Positions 28,107-37,948 of a stretch of 64,000 bases of DNA are shown here, piece by piece (position 1 is the first letter of the stretch; each line of letters opens with the position of its first letter). A program made the translations under genes and the position numbers. A model generated the notes under the pieces. It ran no database searches. It was not told the origin of the DNA and saw only the letters and a program-made list of their open reading frames with translations. Origin of the DNA: Nitrospirota bacterium (GTDB lineage: Bacteria; Nitrospirota; UBA9217); the NCBI GenBank assembly GCA_963790205.1, contig CAWBNQ010000001.1:864001-928000 (forward strand), in the 5' to 3' direction.

Positions 28107-28859
28107 ATGCATTGCCCGGACTGCAACATTGTTAACGATCCCGATGCCCGCTCCTGTAGTGAGTGTGGAAGGACTGTTAGCGGGGACGAAAAAATCCCGT
28201 CCGCCATAACAACAAGAGCGTACTTTTTTGCGCTCCTCCTCATTCCCGCCGTCGCGCTGGCGTGCGGACTCGGCTATTACAAATTTATTTTACCCGAAGG
28301 CGTCGCTACCGTGGTCAACGGCGAGGAGATCAAACGCGCGGAGCTCGATTCGGCCGTTGCCCTAGCACAGGCGAAGAACGGCGAAGAGAACTTCAAGGAC
28401 GACCATGCAGCGCAGCACGCCGGAAGGCTTCGGTACGAGGTCCTGAGCGGGCTTATCACGGAAAGGCTTGTGCTGCAGGAGGCGCGGAAAGCGGGAATAA
28501 GCGTCTCGCCCGTGGATGTTGCTTCAGCTGTGTCCCGTGCACAAACGTCCTCGGGCATGGATAAGGATAACCTTCATGCATTGGCCGGGCGGCGGTTTAG
28601 GGTCATTCCCTCGTTCGAAGAGAGGGTATGGTGCGAACTTATTATTGAACGACTTATCGCCAGGCAGGCCGTACCGCAGACCGTTGACGCGGTGAACGCG
28701 TGGTTGCGGGATCTGTCAGCGCACGCGTCGGTCCGGATCGCGCTTTCCGAACAATGGTCCGGAACGGGGTGCGGGTGCGGTGACCTGAGCAGGAACATAA
28801 CAGACTCTACTATGAAGGAAGGAGCCAGAAGAAATGCGTTAAATGCGGCGCAGAGGTAA
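28107..28859 (+). CDS. Zinc-ribbon + TM + SurA-N-terminal-like domain protein
   Basis: CPDC...CSECG zinc ribbon, one TM helix, ATVVNGEEIK...LITERLVLQEARKAGI SurA-N pattern, GCGCG tail. Confidence 0.7.
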   Translation: MHCPDCNIVNDPDARSCSECGRTVSGDEKIPSAITTRAYFFALLLIPAVALACGLGYYKFILPEGVATVVNGEEIKRAELDSAVALAQAKNGEENFKDDHAAQHAGRLRYEVLSGLITERLVLQEARKAGISVSPVDVASAVSRAQTSSGMDKDNLHALAGRRFRVIPSFEERVWCELIIERLIARQAVPQTVDAVNAWLRDLSAHASVRIALSEQWSGTGCGCGDLSRNITDSTMKEGARRNALNAAQR

Positions 28860-28955
28860 GAGCATGCTACATACTGCAAGGTCTGCGGATCAAGCCTCCC
28901 GGGAGCGGGCGCCTATACGAACCTTCACATGCGAGTCAGGGGCAAAAAATATTAA
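28826..28955 (+). pseudogene. Frameshifted zinc-ribbon fragment
   Basis: KKCVKCGAEV in one frame continues as HATYCKVCGSSL in another. Confidence 0.5.
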
Positions 28956-29599
28956 AACTCAAACAGTAAACCCCCAAAATAGCTCGTGCCGCCGAGATTG
29001 ACGGAACTGCCTGAAACCGTGTCAACCATGGCGCGCGTGTATTTCGCTTCGAGGAAAAAATAGGTATGGTACACGCCGTTGTTCAGGTAGAGGCTGTTGG
29101 CCGCATCCTGATCGATGCCGTCCAGCAGGAATTGGAGCCCGGCCCTGGCGTGGTATCCGTTCGCTGCGCCTCGGGCCACCCCCTGCTTCTCAACTTCCTC
29201 CTCGTAGAAGACGCGGGTCCATCCTCCACCGACGTAGGGGACCACCCACTGCCTCTCGCTGAAAACTCCACGCGCTAGAACAAAAACGTTCACGGGATAG
29301 AGCTTGTAGGTGACCTTGCCGGCGGCTATATTATGGATCGGCGCCAGGCCTTGTCCTATGTCCTCTATATAGCTGCCCTCAATACCCACCTCAAGCGGTC
29401 TGAATACTTTATATGCCAGCGAACCGCCATACTCCCTGGTGTATCTTTTTCCATAGGACTGTGACCAGTTGTCGATATCAGGTATGAAATCGCCGCCTTT
29501 GACCTCGATGGACCAGTGAGGGCGCTCCGCAATCGGCTCCGCCGCAAGCAAAACGGTCGGCGAGATGATGAGGACAAAAATCAGGATGAATTTTTTCAA
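28952..29599 (-). CDS. Outer-membrane beta-barrel protein (MXAN_2562-like), partner of the CFI-box protein
   Basis: TTG start overlapping the upstream stop; signal peptide; VPYVGGG, FLLDGID...NNGVYHTYFFLE, C-terminal FEF. Confidence 0.8.
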   Translation of the reverse strand: MKKFILIFVLIISPTVLLAAEPIAERPHWSIEVKGGDFIPDIDNWSQSYGKRYTREYGGSLAYKVFRPLEVGIEGSYIEDIGQGLAPIHNIAAGKVTYKLYPVNVFVLARGVFSERQWVVPYVGGGWTRVFYEEEVEKQGVARGAANGYHARAGLQFLLDGIDQDAANSLYLNNGVYHTYFFLEAKYTRAMVDTVSGSSVNLGGTSYFGGLLFEF

Positions 29600-31404
29600 C
29601 GCGCTCCTCCTGAATGCACGTGCTTTCGTCTCTGCATTAAAAAGCCTGCCAGTATGCCGGCCAGGATCAGAACGGCCAGCTTGGTGAGCAAAGAGGTCCT
29701 TGTCATGAACAACGCGCCTCCGACCGCGGGCAAAAGCGCGATCCGGACGACCGGCTTCAGCCACGCATGGGTGTTTATGAACTCCGCGCCGATCGGGCCG
29801 TAGCGGTAGTACCATTCGACGAAGGCCCTGCCCGGCGCGCTCGCCATGAGATATTGGTCCCGGAAGGCGCGCAGGGCCTGCACCTGTGGCGCGGAATAAT
29901 ACCCGTACGCGGCCGTGGCGATAAAGCAGCCTTTGTTCGGAAGGTTGGGGTTGGGAACGATGGCTTCCGGAAAATCCGTTACGACGGCTGAGTTGCCGCT
30001 TTCCAACATGGTGCCAACGACGACTGATGCCTGCGGCGAGTAAACGCTTTCATGCTCAATTCCGGAGTCGTAAGTCGGGCCAACATTGTCGAGAGCAGAT
30101 ACTGAGATAAGGTAGATCGGCACGGCATAAGCGGAGACCGCTATCTGGTACTTTTGCCCGTTGGTCAGTCCGAAAAGCGTATAACTGGTAGTGAATTTAA
30201 CGTCAATTGTATTTTCACTCACCGACGCGATGCCATAATGGATTTTATACCCCGTTGCACCGTTCGAAGAGGTCCACGAAACATCAAGCGCACTGTCGCT
30301 GGGACTCGTCGATGTGATCGTCGGAACAGGGGGGATCGGAACTGTTGACGTCAGTCCGCTGAGGATCGTACTGGTTGCTGTGCTTGGAATGTTCACTGTG
30401 GTCGTAGCCGACGAAAAAATGTAACGAACATTATAGCTTCCCGGGTTCGACGGATCAGTCACCAAGTATGAATTATTGGGGTCCCAGCTTACCGATATAG
30501 ATGTTGAAGTTGATGTCGGAGCGGACACCGGTTCTGGCACCGGGAAAGGGATGCTGTCGGCGTTCGGACCGCCATACGCTCCGATATCGCTTCTAGTCCC
30601 GTCAATCCCGTCTGTTATTGCCGGGTCACCCTGGTCAACACAGGGTGAGGGCGTCGGTGTTCTTAATTGAATATGGAAGTCTCCGTTAGCAGGTTTAACA
30701 AACAGCGGGTCAGGATTCACAAGCGCTGGTACAAGGGAGTTTGGTATAAAGTTCGTACCCGTGGGTCCATTTAGGGCTGGGAAAAAAAGGTTGTACGAAA
30801 TACTGTTTTGCGTTATTCCGGCGCCTTGGTTGATCTGAACGGTATTGGCAGAATTATAAAAAATATTGTTGGTAATTGAGCCGGAATCGCTGTCCCGCAT
30901 AATGGCGGTCCCGTTCTGATAAAAAGTATTGTTGACGATTGACGATGCTGGTGAATTCTGGATCTGCACTGCAATACTACTCGGTCCGGTCTGAAAAATA
31001 TTGTTTGTAATGCTCACTGACGAATTTCCGGTTACCAGAATGCCTGTTGTGGCGTTTGTGATGGTAAAGTTCCTGAAGGAAACGCCGGTCACTCCATTCG
31101 CGGTCACTGCAGTACCAGTACCTCCGCCGGAAATAATTGTTCTCGCGGTCTCCCGTCCCGACACAGGTATGCTGCTTTTCAGCGTGATTCCACCGGCATA
31201 GGTGCCCGGCTCGACAAACACGGAATAACTGTTCCCGGGATTTAGTGACAGCTGTAATGCAGCATTGTCAATCGCCGGTTGTATGGTTGAAAAATCATGA
31301 GGAACGTTCAGTGTGACACTTGTTGCCAGCAGAGTTCTCGGGATAACTGTGAGGTAAAGAAGGACAATAAGAGTGGTGAAGAGTGCAACGTATTTTGTTC
31401 TCAT
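29596..31404 (-). CDS. Exported beta-helix + FN3 protein with a CFI-box-CTERM domain
   Basis: VPHDFSTIQPAID, NNIF/NNTF beta-helix repeats, DPLFV..GDFH, SDIGAYGG, FN3 (GYKIHYG, LTNGQKYQIAVSAY), GCFIATAAYG...LRAFRD...GRAFVEWYY plus TM tail. Confidence 0.88.
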   Translation of the reverse strand: MRTKYVALFTTLIVLLYLTVIPRTLLATSVTLNVPHDFSTIQPAIDNAALQLSLNPGNSYSVFVEPGTYAGGITLKSSIPVSGRETARTIISGGGTGTAVTANGVTGVSFRNFTITNATTGILVTGNSSVSITNNIFQTGPSSIAVQIQNSPASSIVNNTFYQNGTAIMRDSDSGSITNNIFYNSANTVQINQGAGITQNSISYNLFFPALNGPTGTNFIPNSLVPALVNPDPLFVKPANGDFHIQLRTPTPSPCVDQGDPAITDGIDGTRSDIGAYGGPNADSIPFPVPEPVSAPTSTSTSISVSWDPNNSYLVTDPSNPGSYNVRYIFSSATTTVNIPSTATSTILSGLTSTVPIPPVPTITSTSPSDSALDVSWTSSNGATGYKIHYGIASVSENTIDVKFTTSYTLFGLTNGQKYQIAVSAYAVPIYLISVSALDNVGPTYDSGIEHESVYSPQASVVVGTMLESGNSAVVTDFPEAIVPNPNLPNKGCFIATAAYGYYSAPQVQALRAFRDQYLMASAPGRAFVEWYYRYGPIGAEFINTHAWLKPVVRIALLPAVGGALFMTRTSLLTKLAVLILAGILAGFLMQRRKHVHSGGAR

Positions 31405-31687
31405 TATGTTTCGCCCTCGCAGAAAGTAAGTGCCTTATTTACCTTGCACATTAACATAAATCAGATTCAAAAGTCAAACCAACGCCCATGCTGTCGACAT
31501 CCTTTAAACACTAAAATATCTGTATGGAAAATTTTTAGTTGTATGTTTTGTATTTTGTGGTATTATGCTATTATTCAAAAAATATTAAAAAGCCGCCAGC
31601 CGTCATGCCGGCTAGCCGGAGCGGGGTGAGGCAGTAAACAACAGCTAAACCCGCCTGCCTTTATCCTGTTCGGTACGGAGGAGTTCG

Positions 31688-34600
31688 ATGCCAAGATCCA
31701 TGCGTTCTACCTCTATCCTGACCTTCCTTGCTTTCTTCTTCATTATTACAACAGCAGCCCAGGCCTACCAGCAGATCGAATTCGTCCGCGAGATCGGAGA
31801 AGTTGGGAAAAAGTTCGATCAGCGGCTGCTGCACGAACCGCGGGCGATAGCTCTTTTCGGGGAAAAGATTTACATCGCTGACACGGACGCCCACCGGGTG
31901 CTTGTGCTCGACCTGAACGGCAAGATCGTGCGCACCTGGGGCGCGAAAGGGGACAGGCCCGGACAGTTCAGGTCGCCTGCAGGAATTGCAGTTGACGAAA
32001 CGGGCAGCGTATACGTTGCCGACACCGGAAATCACCGTATCCAGGTCTTCGACGGGGACGGGAAACTGGTCCGCAGCTTCGGCGTCAAGGGGAGCGACCC
32101 CCGGCAATTCAGCAGCCCTTCGGGGGTGGCCGCGCAGCAGGGGTTTTTGTACGTTGCCGACACCGGAAACAGCCGTGTGCAGGTCCTGACGTACGAAGGC
32201 ATCTTCATGGGCCAGCTGACGGTAAAAACCGGTAAAGACGAGATGAAGGAGCCGGCTGCCGTGGCAACGGACGCGCAGAACAGGACTTATGTGCTCGATG
32301 CCGGCGGCAATAACATCAGGATCTTCGGCCCGGACGGGGTCCAGATCGAGCAGTTCGGCGTCAAGGGCAAAGGCCTCGAGGGTTTCTCCGACCCGCGGGG
32401 CCTGGCTGTCGACGGCCGCGGAAATATCTACGTAGCGGACACGGATAATTATAAGGTGAAGAAATTCGACCCGCGGGGAAGGCTTGTGGCTTCCCTCGGC
32501 ATTGAAGGCGACGGGCCGGGCCAGTTCCGCGAGCCGGCCGGTCTGGCCGTCGACAACGACGGCAGGGTTTTTGTGGTCGATGCGAGCAAGCATACGCTCC
32601 AGATTTTCACGTGTGAATGCGGCGAAAGCCAGCCGCTTACGCCGGCTTCGCCGCGGCCCACCGTCGGGTTCGTGAAAGAGATGCCGGCTGAGGCGAGCGC
32701 AATCGCCGTCACCAAGCGGCCCTGGGCCATCGTGAACGATTCGATCTCGGCCGCGGGCGTGATCGCCGGCCGCACGATCGGGTCACGCGGCAGTGAGCCG
32801 GGGATGCTCAAAAACGCCCGCGGTTTGGCGCTGGACACGGCGGGAAAGTTCTGGGTGGCCGATACGGGCAACGACCGCCTGCAGAAGTTCAGTATTGAAG
32901 GCAACCTCCTCCAGGTGATCGGGAAGTCCGGGTCAGGGGAAGGAGAATTTGATTCACCTTCGGGCGTCGCGCTCAGCTTCAAGGGGAACCTCTACGTCGC
33001 CGATACCGGCAATAGACGGGTCGAGGTATTTAACGCCAAAGGAATGTTTCTCGGGGCGTTCGGCAAGTCCGGCAAACAGGCCGGTCGGTTCGCGGAGCCC
33101 GTTGACCTCGCCGTGGACCGTTCCGAAAACGTTTACATCGTCGACCGCGGGAACGACCGGATCTCAAAGTACGACAGCGACGGCACCCTCATCTGGGAAA
33201 CCGGCAAGACGGGCAGGCAGGACGGGGAATTCAGCGAGCCGTCGAACATAGCGGTTTCACCCGACGGCGAGGTGTACGTGCTCGATACGGGAAACGAGCG
33301 CGTTCAGGTGTTCGACACGAACGGCAAGTTCGCCTGGAAGTTCGGGAGCGAAGGCAAAGGGCCGGGAGAGTTCAAGTCTCCCCAGGGGCTCGCCCTGGAG
33401 GGCCTGCAGCTCTACGTGGGGGACCGCGGCAACGGCAGGACGCAGGTGTTTTCCCTGCGGCAGACCCCCGCTGTCCCGAAGGGCCTCACGGTCCGGACGC
33501 GGGCCAATGAGGTGCAGTTGAGCTGGAAACACAACAGCGAGAGCTATCTGGAGCAGTATAAGATCTACCGCAGCGATTCCGCCGCGGGCCCGTTCACGCT
33601 TGCCGGAACTTCAGGCGATCCGTTCTTCAGGGACAAAGGCCTGCCGAGCAACCATACCTTTTACTACCGCGTAAGCAGTCTGGCAAAAGAGGGCAACGAG
33701 AGCGCGACCTCGGCGTCGGTCTCGGCGCTGACGCCGAAGCTCGTGCCCTCAATGCCCAGGAAGGTCAGGATCGAGGCCATTGAGAAGCAGATCACGCTCT
33801 CGTGGCTGCCGAATCCCGAGCCCTTTGTGAGTTATTACCGCATCTACCGCAGCAAGCAGCCCGCGGCGGGGTTCGAGCTGCTCGACAAGGAAGACAAGAC
33901 CGTCTTCGTCGACAGGGCGCTTGCCGATGAAACGCTGTACTATTATGAGATCGCCGCTGTGGGCAAGGAAGGGGATGAGAGCCAGCACAGCGAGGTCGTG
34001 TTCGCTTCCACGCCCAAGGCGCCCGCCACGGCGCCGCCGCTCGAGATCAGCAAGATAGAGGTTGGCGAGATCTTCGCGGCTGCGTACAAGTATTACGAAT
34101 CCCATGCCCTGGGAACGGTCGCCATCACGAACAATACCGACCGGGCCTACCCCAAGGTGAAGCTGAGCTTCAGGATCAAGGATTTCATGGATTATGCCAC
34201 GGAGCTTGAGATCGAGGAACTCGGGCCGGGGCAGAGCGTCGAGCTTGAACTCAAGCCCGTTTTCAGCAATAAGATCCTGGAGGTGACCGAGAACACGCCG
34301 CTCCAGAGCGAGATCGCGCTTACCTACTATATTGACGGCGAGCCCAAGGTCATTACCAGAAGCTTCCCCGTGACGCTTTACAACCGGAATGCGATCCGGT
34401 GGGACCAGAAGGCGAAGGTGGGCTCGTTTATTACGCCGAAGGACCCGGTCGTGACGGAGTTCGCCCGCGCGGTGGTCCAGCCCTACGTGGAGGCCTATGC
34501 CAACCTTCCCCAACCGGTCGTCTATGCGCGGGCCCTCTATGACGCTCTCGGCGTGCTCGGGTTTGCCTACATCCTCGACCCCACGCCGTTCCAGGAATTT

Positions 34601-35491
34601 TCCGAAAACACCGCCATCGTGGATTACACCTCATATCCGCGCGAAACGCTTGCGAGACGGAGCGGCGACTGCGACGGCCTTTCAATGCTGTTCGCCGCTT
34701 TCGTGGAAAACATCGGAATGGGTGCCGCGCTCGTCGATGTGCCGGGCCACGTGTTCGTCATGTTCAATACCGGCGTGGCGGAAAAAGACCGGTCAACGCT
34801 GGGCTTTGCCGATGAGCTGCTCGTTTCTTATCAGGACACCGTATGGATACCGCTGGAAATGACCATGGTCGGATCGTCGTTCACCCGAGCGTGGCAGAAG
34901 GGCGCGGAGGAATACCGCGATTGGTCGGCCAAGGGGAAGCTCGAGCTCATCGATGTTCATAAGGCCTGGGAACTGTTCAAACCGGTAACGCTGCCGCCAA
35001 CCGACAGCAGGCCGGTACGGGTGGCCAGGGAAGAAATAGAGGCAAAATACAAGGACGAACTTGAAACGCTGGGCAGACTGCGGCTTGCGGCCCTGTCAAC
35101 GGACTATATCGAGGCGCTCAAGAAGGACCCGAAGGACATGGCTGCCCTGAGCCGGCTCGGCATCCTCTACGGCGAGAACGGCCTTTATGCCGAAGCCCTC
35201 GAGCAGTTCCAGAAGATACTCGCCATGGACAAGAACAGCTCCCTGGCGCTGAACAACATCGGCAATATCAACTATCTGCAGGAGCGTCTTGAAGACGCAA
35301 AGATCGCCTATGAAGCGTCCCTGAAGGCCGCGCCGGATGATACGGGGACCATGACGAACCTGGCTCGCGTCCTGCTCCGCACAGGAAAAAAGGAAGAAGC
35401 AAAGAAGCTCTTCCTGGAGGCGGTTTCCATAGACCCGCGGGTACTACGGCAATATGGGGACCTTGCCGCAAGCCTGGGAGTGGTGAAGTAA
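31688..35491 (+). CDS. Large exported NHL-repeat / FN3 / transglutaminase-like / TPR protein
   Basis: Signal peptide; about 12 NHL repeats (YVADTGNHRIQVF); two FN3 domains; YPRETLARRSGDCDG and PGHVF; C-terminal TPRs. Confidence 0.9.
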   Translation: MPRSMRSTSILTFLAFFFIITTAAQAYQQIEFVREIGEVGKKFDQRLLHEPRAIALFGEKIYIADTDAHRVLVLDLNGKIVRTWGAKGDRPGQFRSPAGIAVDETGSVYVADTGNHRIQVFDGDGKLVRSFGVKGSDPRQFSSPSGVAAQQGFLYVADTGNSRVQVLTYEGIFMGQLTVKTGKDEMKEPAAVATDAQNRTYVLDAGGNNIRIFGPDGVQIEQFGVKGKGLEGFSDPRGLAVDGRGNIYVADTDNYKVKKFDPRGRLVASLGIEGDGPGQFREPAGLAVDNDGRVFVVDASKHTLQIFTCECGESQPLTPASPRPTVGFVKEMPAEASAIAVTKRPWAIVNDSISAAGVIAGRTIGSRGSEPGMLKNARGLALDTAGKFWVADTGNDRLQKFSIEGNLLQVIGKSGSGEGEFDSPSGVALSFKGNLYVADTGNRRVEVFNAKGMFLGAFGKSGKQAGRFAEPVDLAVDRSENVYIVDRGNDRISKYDSDGTLIWETGKTGRQDGEFSEPSNIAVSPDGEVYVLDTGNERVQVFDTNGKFAWKFGSEGKGPGEFKSPQGLALEGLQLYVGDRGNGRTQVFSLRQTPAVPKGLTVRTRANEVQLSWKHNSESYLEQYKIYRSDSAAGPFTLAGTSGDPFFRDKGLPSNHTFYYRVSSLAKEGNESATSASVSALTPKLVPSMPRKVRIEAIEKQITLSWLPNPEPFVSYYRIYRSKQPAAGFELLDKEDKTVFVDRALADETLYYYEIAAVGKEGDESQHSEVVFASTPKAPATAPPLEISKIEVGEIFAAAYKYYESHALGTVAITNNTDRAYPKVKLSFRIKDFMDYATELEIEELGPGQSVELELKPVFSNKILEVTENTPLQSEIALTYYIDGEPKVITRSFPVTLYNRNAIRWDQKAKVGSFITPKDPVVTEFARAVVQPYVEAYANLPQPVVYARALYDALGVLGFAYILDPTPFQEFSENTAIVDYTSYPRETLARRSGDCDGLSMLFAAFVENIGMGAALVDVPGHVFVMFNTGVAEKDRSTLGFADELLVSYQDTVWIPLEMTMVGSSFTRAWQKGAEEYRDWSAKGKLELIDVHKAWELFKPVTLPPTDSRPVRVAREEIEAKYKDELETLGRLRLAALSTDYIEALKKDPKDMAALSRLGILYGENGLYAEALEQFQKILAMDKNSSLALNNIGNINYLQERLEDAKIAYEASLKAAPDDTGTMTNLARVLLRTGKKEEAKKLFLEAVSIDPRVLRQYGDLAASLGVVK

Positions 35492-35494
35492 TTC

Positions 35495-35620
35495 ATTTCG
35501 GATTGTGGATTTCACCCTGCACTCGCGCATGACACTCGTAAACGCTGGGCGCGGGCGAATTGCGGAATAAAATCAAGCGTGCAATGCGATTTCAGGACTC
35601 ATTCCGAATTCCGCATTTGA
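35495..35620. repeat. Dispersed intergenic palindromic element, copy 2
   Basis: Core CACCCTGCACTCGCGC..CACTCGT matches 4761-4826 in reverse orientation; flanked by GGATT/AATTCCG heptamers. Confidence 0.65.
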
Positions 35621-35635
35621 AGAAGGAGGTTTGAT

Positions 35636-36148
35636 ATGAAAAAAATATTTTCGCTGGTGTTGATGCTTTCTCTCTGCTGCACCGCGGCCATGGCGCAGGA
35701 GCAGGCAAAGAAAACAGGGTCCGGCATCTCCGAATGGCTGAGAAGGCTGCAGTATAAGATCGCGCAGATCATACCGAGGAAGACCCTCCCCATGACCACC
35801 AGCGTCGCCGGGGTCCGCGGCGCCAATGAAGGCGTCCAGGCCAAGCTCTACTGGAAAGGGAAAAAGGGCGAAGAGGCGGTGACCGAGGAAGAGATGGAAA
35901 AATTCAAGTCCGCCGTGGCCCTTGCCGAAAAAGGCGACAATGAGGGTTCGCTTAAACAGCTCGATGATTTCATGAAGCAGTACCCGGACAGCGCGCTCAT
36001 ACCAGACGCCAAAAAAACGTTCGACCTGGTGAAAGCGGAGCCGAAACCGGAAGAGAAGGTGGGAACGAAGACGGAGCAAAAACCTGAAGAAAAAATAGAC
36101 ACGAAGGCGGGGCAGACGCCGAACAAAAAAAAGGAAGAAGCTAAGTAG
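35636..36148 (+). CDS. Exported TPR-like protein with a Lys/Glu/Pro-rich tail
   Basis: Signal peptide AMA-Q; AGVRGA...LYWKG; FMKQYPDSALIPDA TPR-like helix pair; RBS AGGAGGT. Confidence 0.8.
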   Translation: MKKIFSLVLMLSLCCTAAMAQEQAKKTGSGISEWLRRLQYKIAQIIPRKTLPMTTSVAGVRGANEGVQAKLYWKGKKGEEAVTEEEMEKFKSAVALAEKGDNEGSLKQLDDFMKQYPDSALIPDAKKTFDLVKAEPKPEEKVGTKTEQKPEEKIDTKAGQTPNKKKEEAK

Positions 36149-36210
36149 GCTGTGCGCCCCGAAACCATTCCAGGCGGGAGGCAAGACCCATTTTGAGTTT
36201 CCGGTGTAGA

Positions 36211-36242
36211 AGGCAGGGAGCATTTCCCTGCCTCTTTTTTAT
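36211..36242 (+). terminator. Intrinsic terminator
   Basis: AGGCAGGGA-gcatt-TCCCTGCCT followed by a T-run. Confidence 0.7.
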
Positions 36243-36336
36243 CTGGAAGTTTCTCGTCTAATCTGCTAGTTTACTTCGTTAGACAAAGCCGCCATCCTGA
36301 TTGTTGAAGAATTTTTTTCTGACGGAGTTTGCCCGC

Positions 36337-37614
36337 ATGAAAATTCAGCCCCCCGCCTCCCGCAATCCCTGGACGTTTTTGCCCACGCTCTATTTCGCCG
36401 AAGGCCTGCCTTACGTTCTGATCAACACCGTATCGGTCATTCTCTACAAACGGATGGGGATCGACAACGCGTCGATTGCCTTCTGGACCAGCTGGCTCTA
36501 TTTGCCGTGGGTCATCAAGATGTTCTGGGGACCCTTCGTGGACGTGTATTCCACGAAACGGAAGTGGATCCTTGCCAGCCAGGCGGCTATGGGCCTCTGC
36601 ATGTTCGTGATCGCCTTCTCGCTCAGGAGCTCGTCGTTCTTTTTTCTTTCCCTTGCCGCCTTCTGCGGGGGCGCGTTCATCTCCGCGACCTATGATATCG
36701 CCACCGACGGGTTCTACATGCTGGCGCTCTCCGAACAAGAGCAGGCGATGTTCGTGGGGCTCAGGGCGGCCTTTTACCGCCTGGCCATGATCTTCGGCAC
36801 CGGCTTCCTCGTATACCTGGCCGGCATGTTCGAAACGTCGAGCAACGATATCGCCGGGAGCTGGTCAACAATCATGTCCGTTTCCGGGGTGATCTTCGCA
36901 AGCGCCTTCGTGTACCACACGTTCCTGCTGCCGTTTCCGGTCGCAGACAGCGTCCGTTCAGCCGGGCGGAAATACGACGGGGCGTCCTTTCTCGAAGTCA
37001 TCAGGTCCTATCTGAGACAGGAAAAGGTCGGCGTGTTGCTGGCGTTCATTCTGTGCTACCGGCTGGGCGAGGCCATGCTTCTGAAACTCGTCACTCCCTT
37101 CCTGCTGGACACGAGAGCGGTCGGCGGGCTCGGTCTTACGACCGAGCAGGTCGGCCTGGTCTACGGCACCGTGGGGACGCTCTCCCTGGTGCTCGGCGGG
37201 GTCCTCGGCGGCTGGCTGATTTCGCGGTTCGGGTTCAGGCGGTGCGTCTGGCCTATGGTGCTTATCATGCACCTGCCCGACCTGTTCTTTGTGTATATGG
37301 CCTACAGGCAACCCGGCATCGGCCTTGTCTACCCGCTCGTGGCGCTCGAGCAGTTCGGTTACGGGCTGGGCTTCACCGTTTTCACCGTCTACCTCATGTC
37401 TTCGGCCAACGGGAAATATAAAACGTCGCACTACGCGATCTCAACGGGGATCATGGCGCTCGGCATGATGCTGCCGGGCTTTAAGAGCGGCGCACTCCAG
37501 CAGGCTGTCGGGTACCGGATGTTCTTTGTCATCGTATGTTTCATGACGGTCCCGGGCATGCTGACCATTCCGTTCCTGTCCAAGGAAAAGCTGGGGAAGA
37601 AGGCGGGAAGCTGA
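36337..37614 (+). CDS. AmpG-like MFS muropeptide permease
   Basis: TLYFAEGLPY, LPWVIKMFWGP, SATYDIATDGFY, YKTSHYAISTGIMALG. Confidence 0.88.
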   Translation: MKIQPPASRNPWTFLPTLYFAEGLPYVLINTVSVILYKRMGIDNASIAFWTSWLYLPWVIKMFWGPFVDVYSTKRKWILASQAAMGLCMFVIAFSLRSSSFFFLSLAAFCGGAFISATYDIATDGFYMLALSEQEQAMFVGLRAAFYRLAMIFGTGFLVYLAGMFETSSNDIAGSWSTIMSVSGVIFASAFVYHTFLLPFPVADSVRSAGRKYDGASFLEVIRSYLRQEKVGVLLAFILCYRLGEAMLLKLVTPFLLDTRAVGGLGLTTEQVGLVYGTVGTLSLVLGGVLGGWLISRFGFRRCVWPMVLIMHLPDLFFVYMAYRQPGIGLVYPLVALEQFGYGLGFTVFTVYLMSSANGKYKTSHYAISTGIMALGMMLPGFKSGALQQAVGYRMFFVIVCFMTVPGMLTIPFLSKEKLGKKAGS

Positions 37615-37696
37615 ATACGATTCACGATACACGATGCATGATGACACCTCATCGTATCTCCTGCATCCTGTCTTGCCGAAGCCTTTTTCGATTGAG

Positions 37697-37948
37697 CTAC
37701 TCCTTCAAGTGCCCTGAAAGAACGTACCCGATGATGACGCCGACAAGCGGGCCGATGGTTTCCTCACGAAGAATATTGAAAATGCCGAGGATGAGCAGCA
37801 GGGGCAGGACGAAGACGATCGCTAGGAATTGAGTGCTTTTAACCCCAATCGTCGCATTCTGCTTGATAACGAGATAATAAATGCCCCCGAGTCCTCCCGC
37901 CATGATGAGTACCGCAATAAATCCGATCCAGAATTGCCAGAACTGCAT
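37697..37948 (-). CDS. Small membrane protein
   Basis: 83 aa with three hydrophobic segments; RBS GGGAGGG. Confidence 0.65.
   Translation of the reverse strand: MQFWQFWIGFIAVLIMAGGLGGIYYLVIKQNATIGVKSTQFLAIVFVLPLLLILGIFNILREETIGPLVGVIIGYVLSGHLKE

Noticed and set aside
31850..33450. Recurring GCCGACACCGG/GCCGATACGGG units as a CRISPR or DNA repeat array
   Set aside because: They are the coding repeats of NHL domains (VADTGN), in frame and degenerate at third positions
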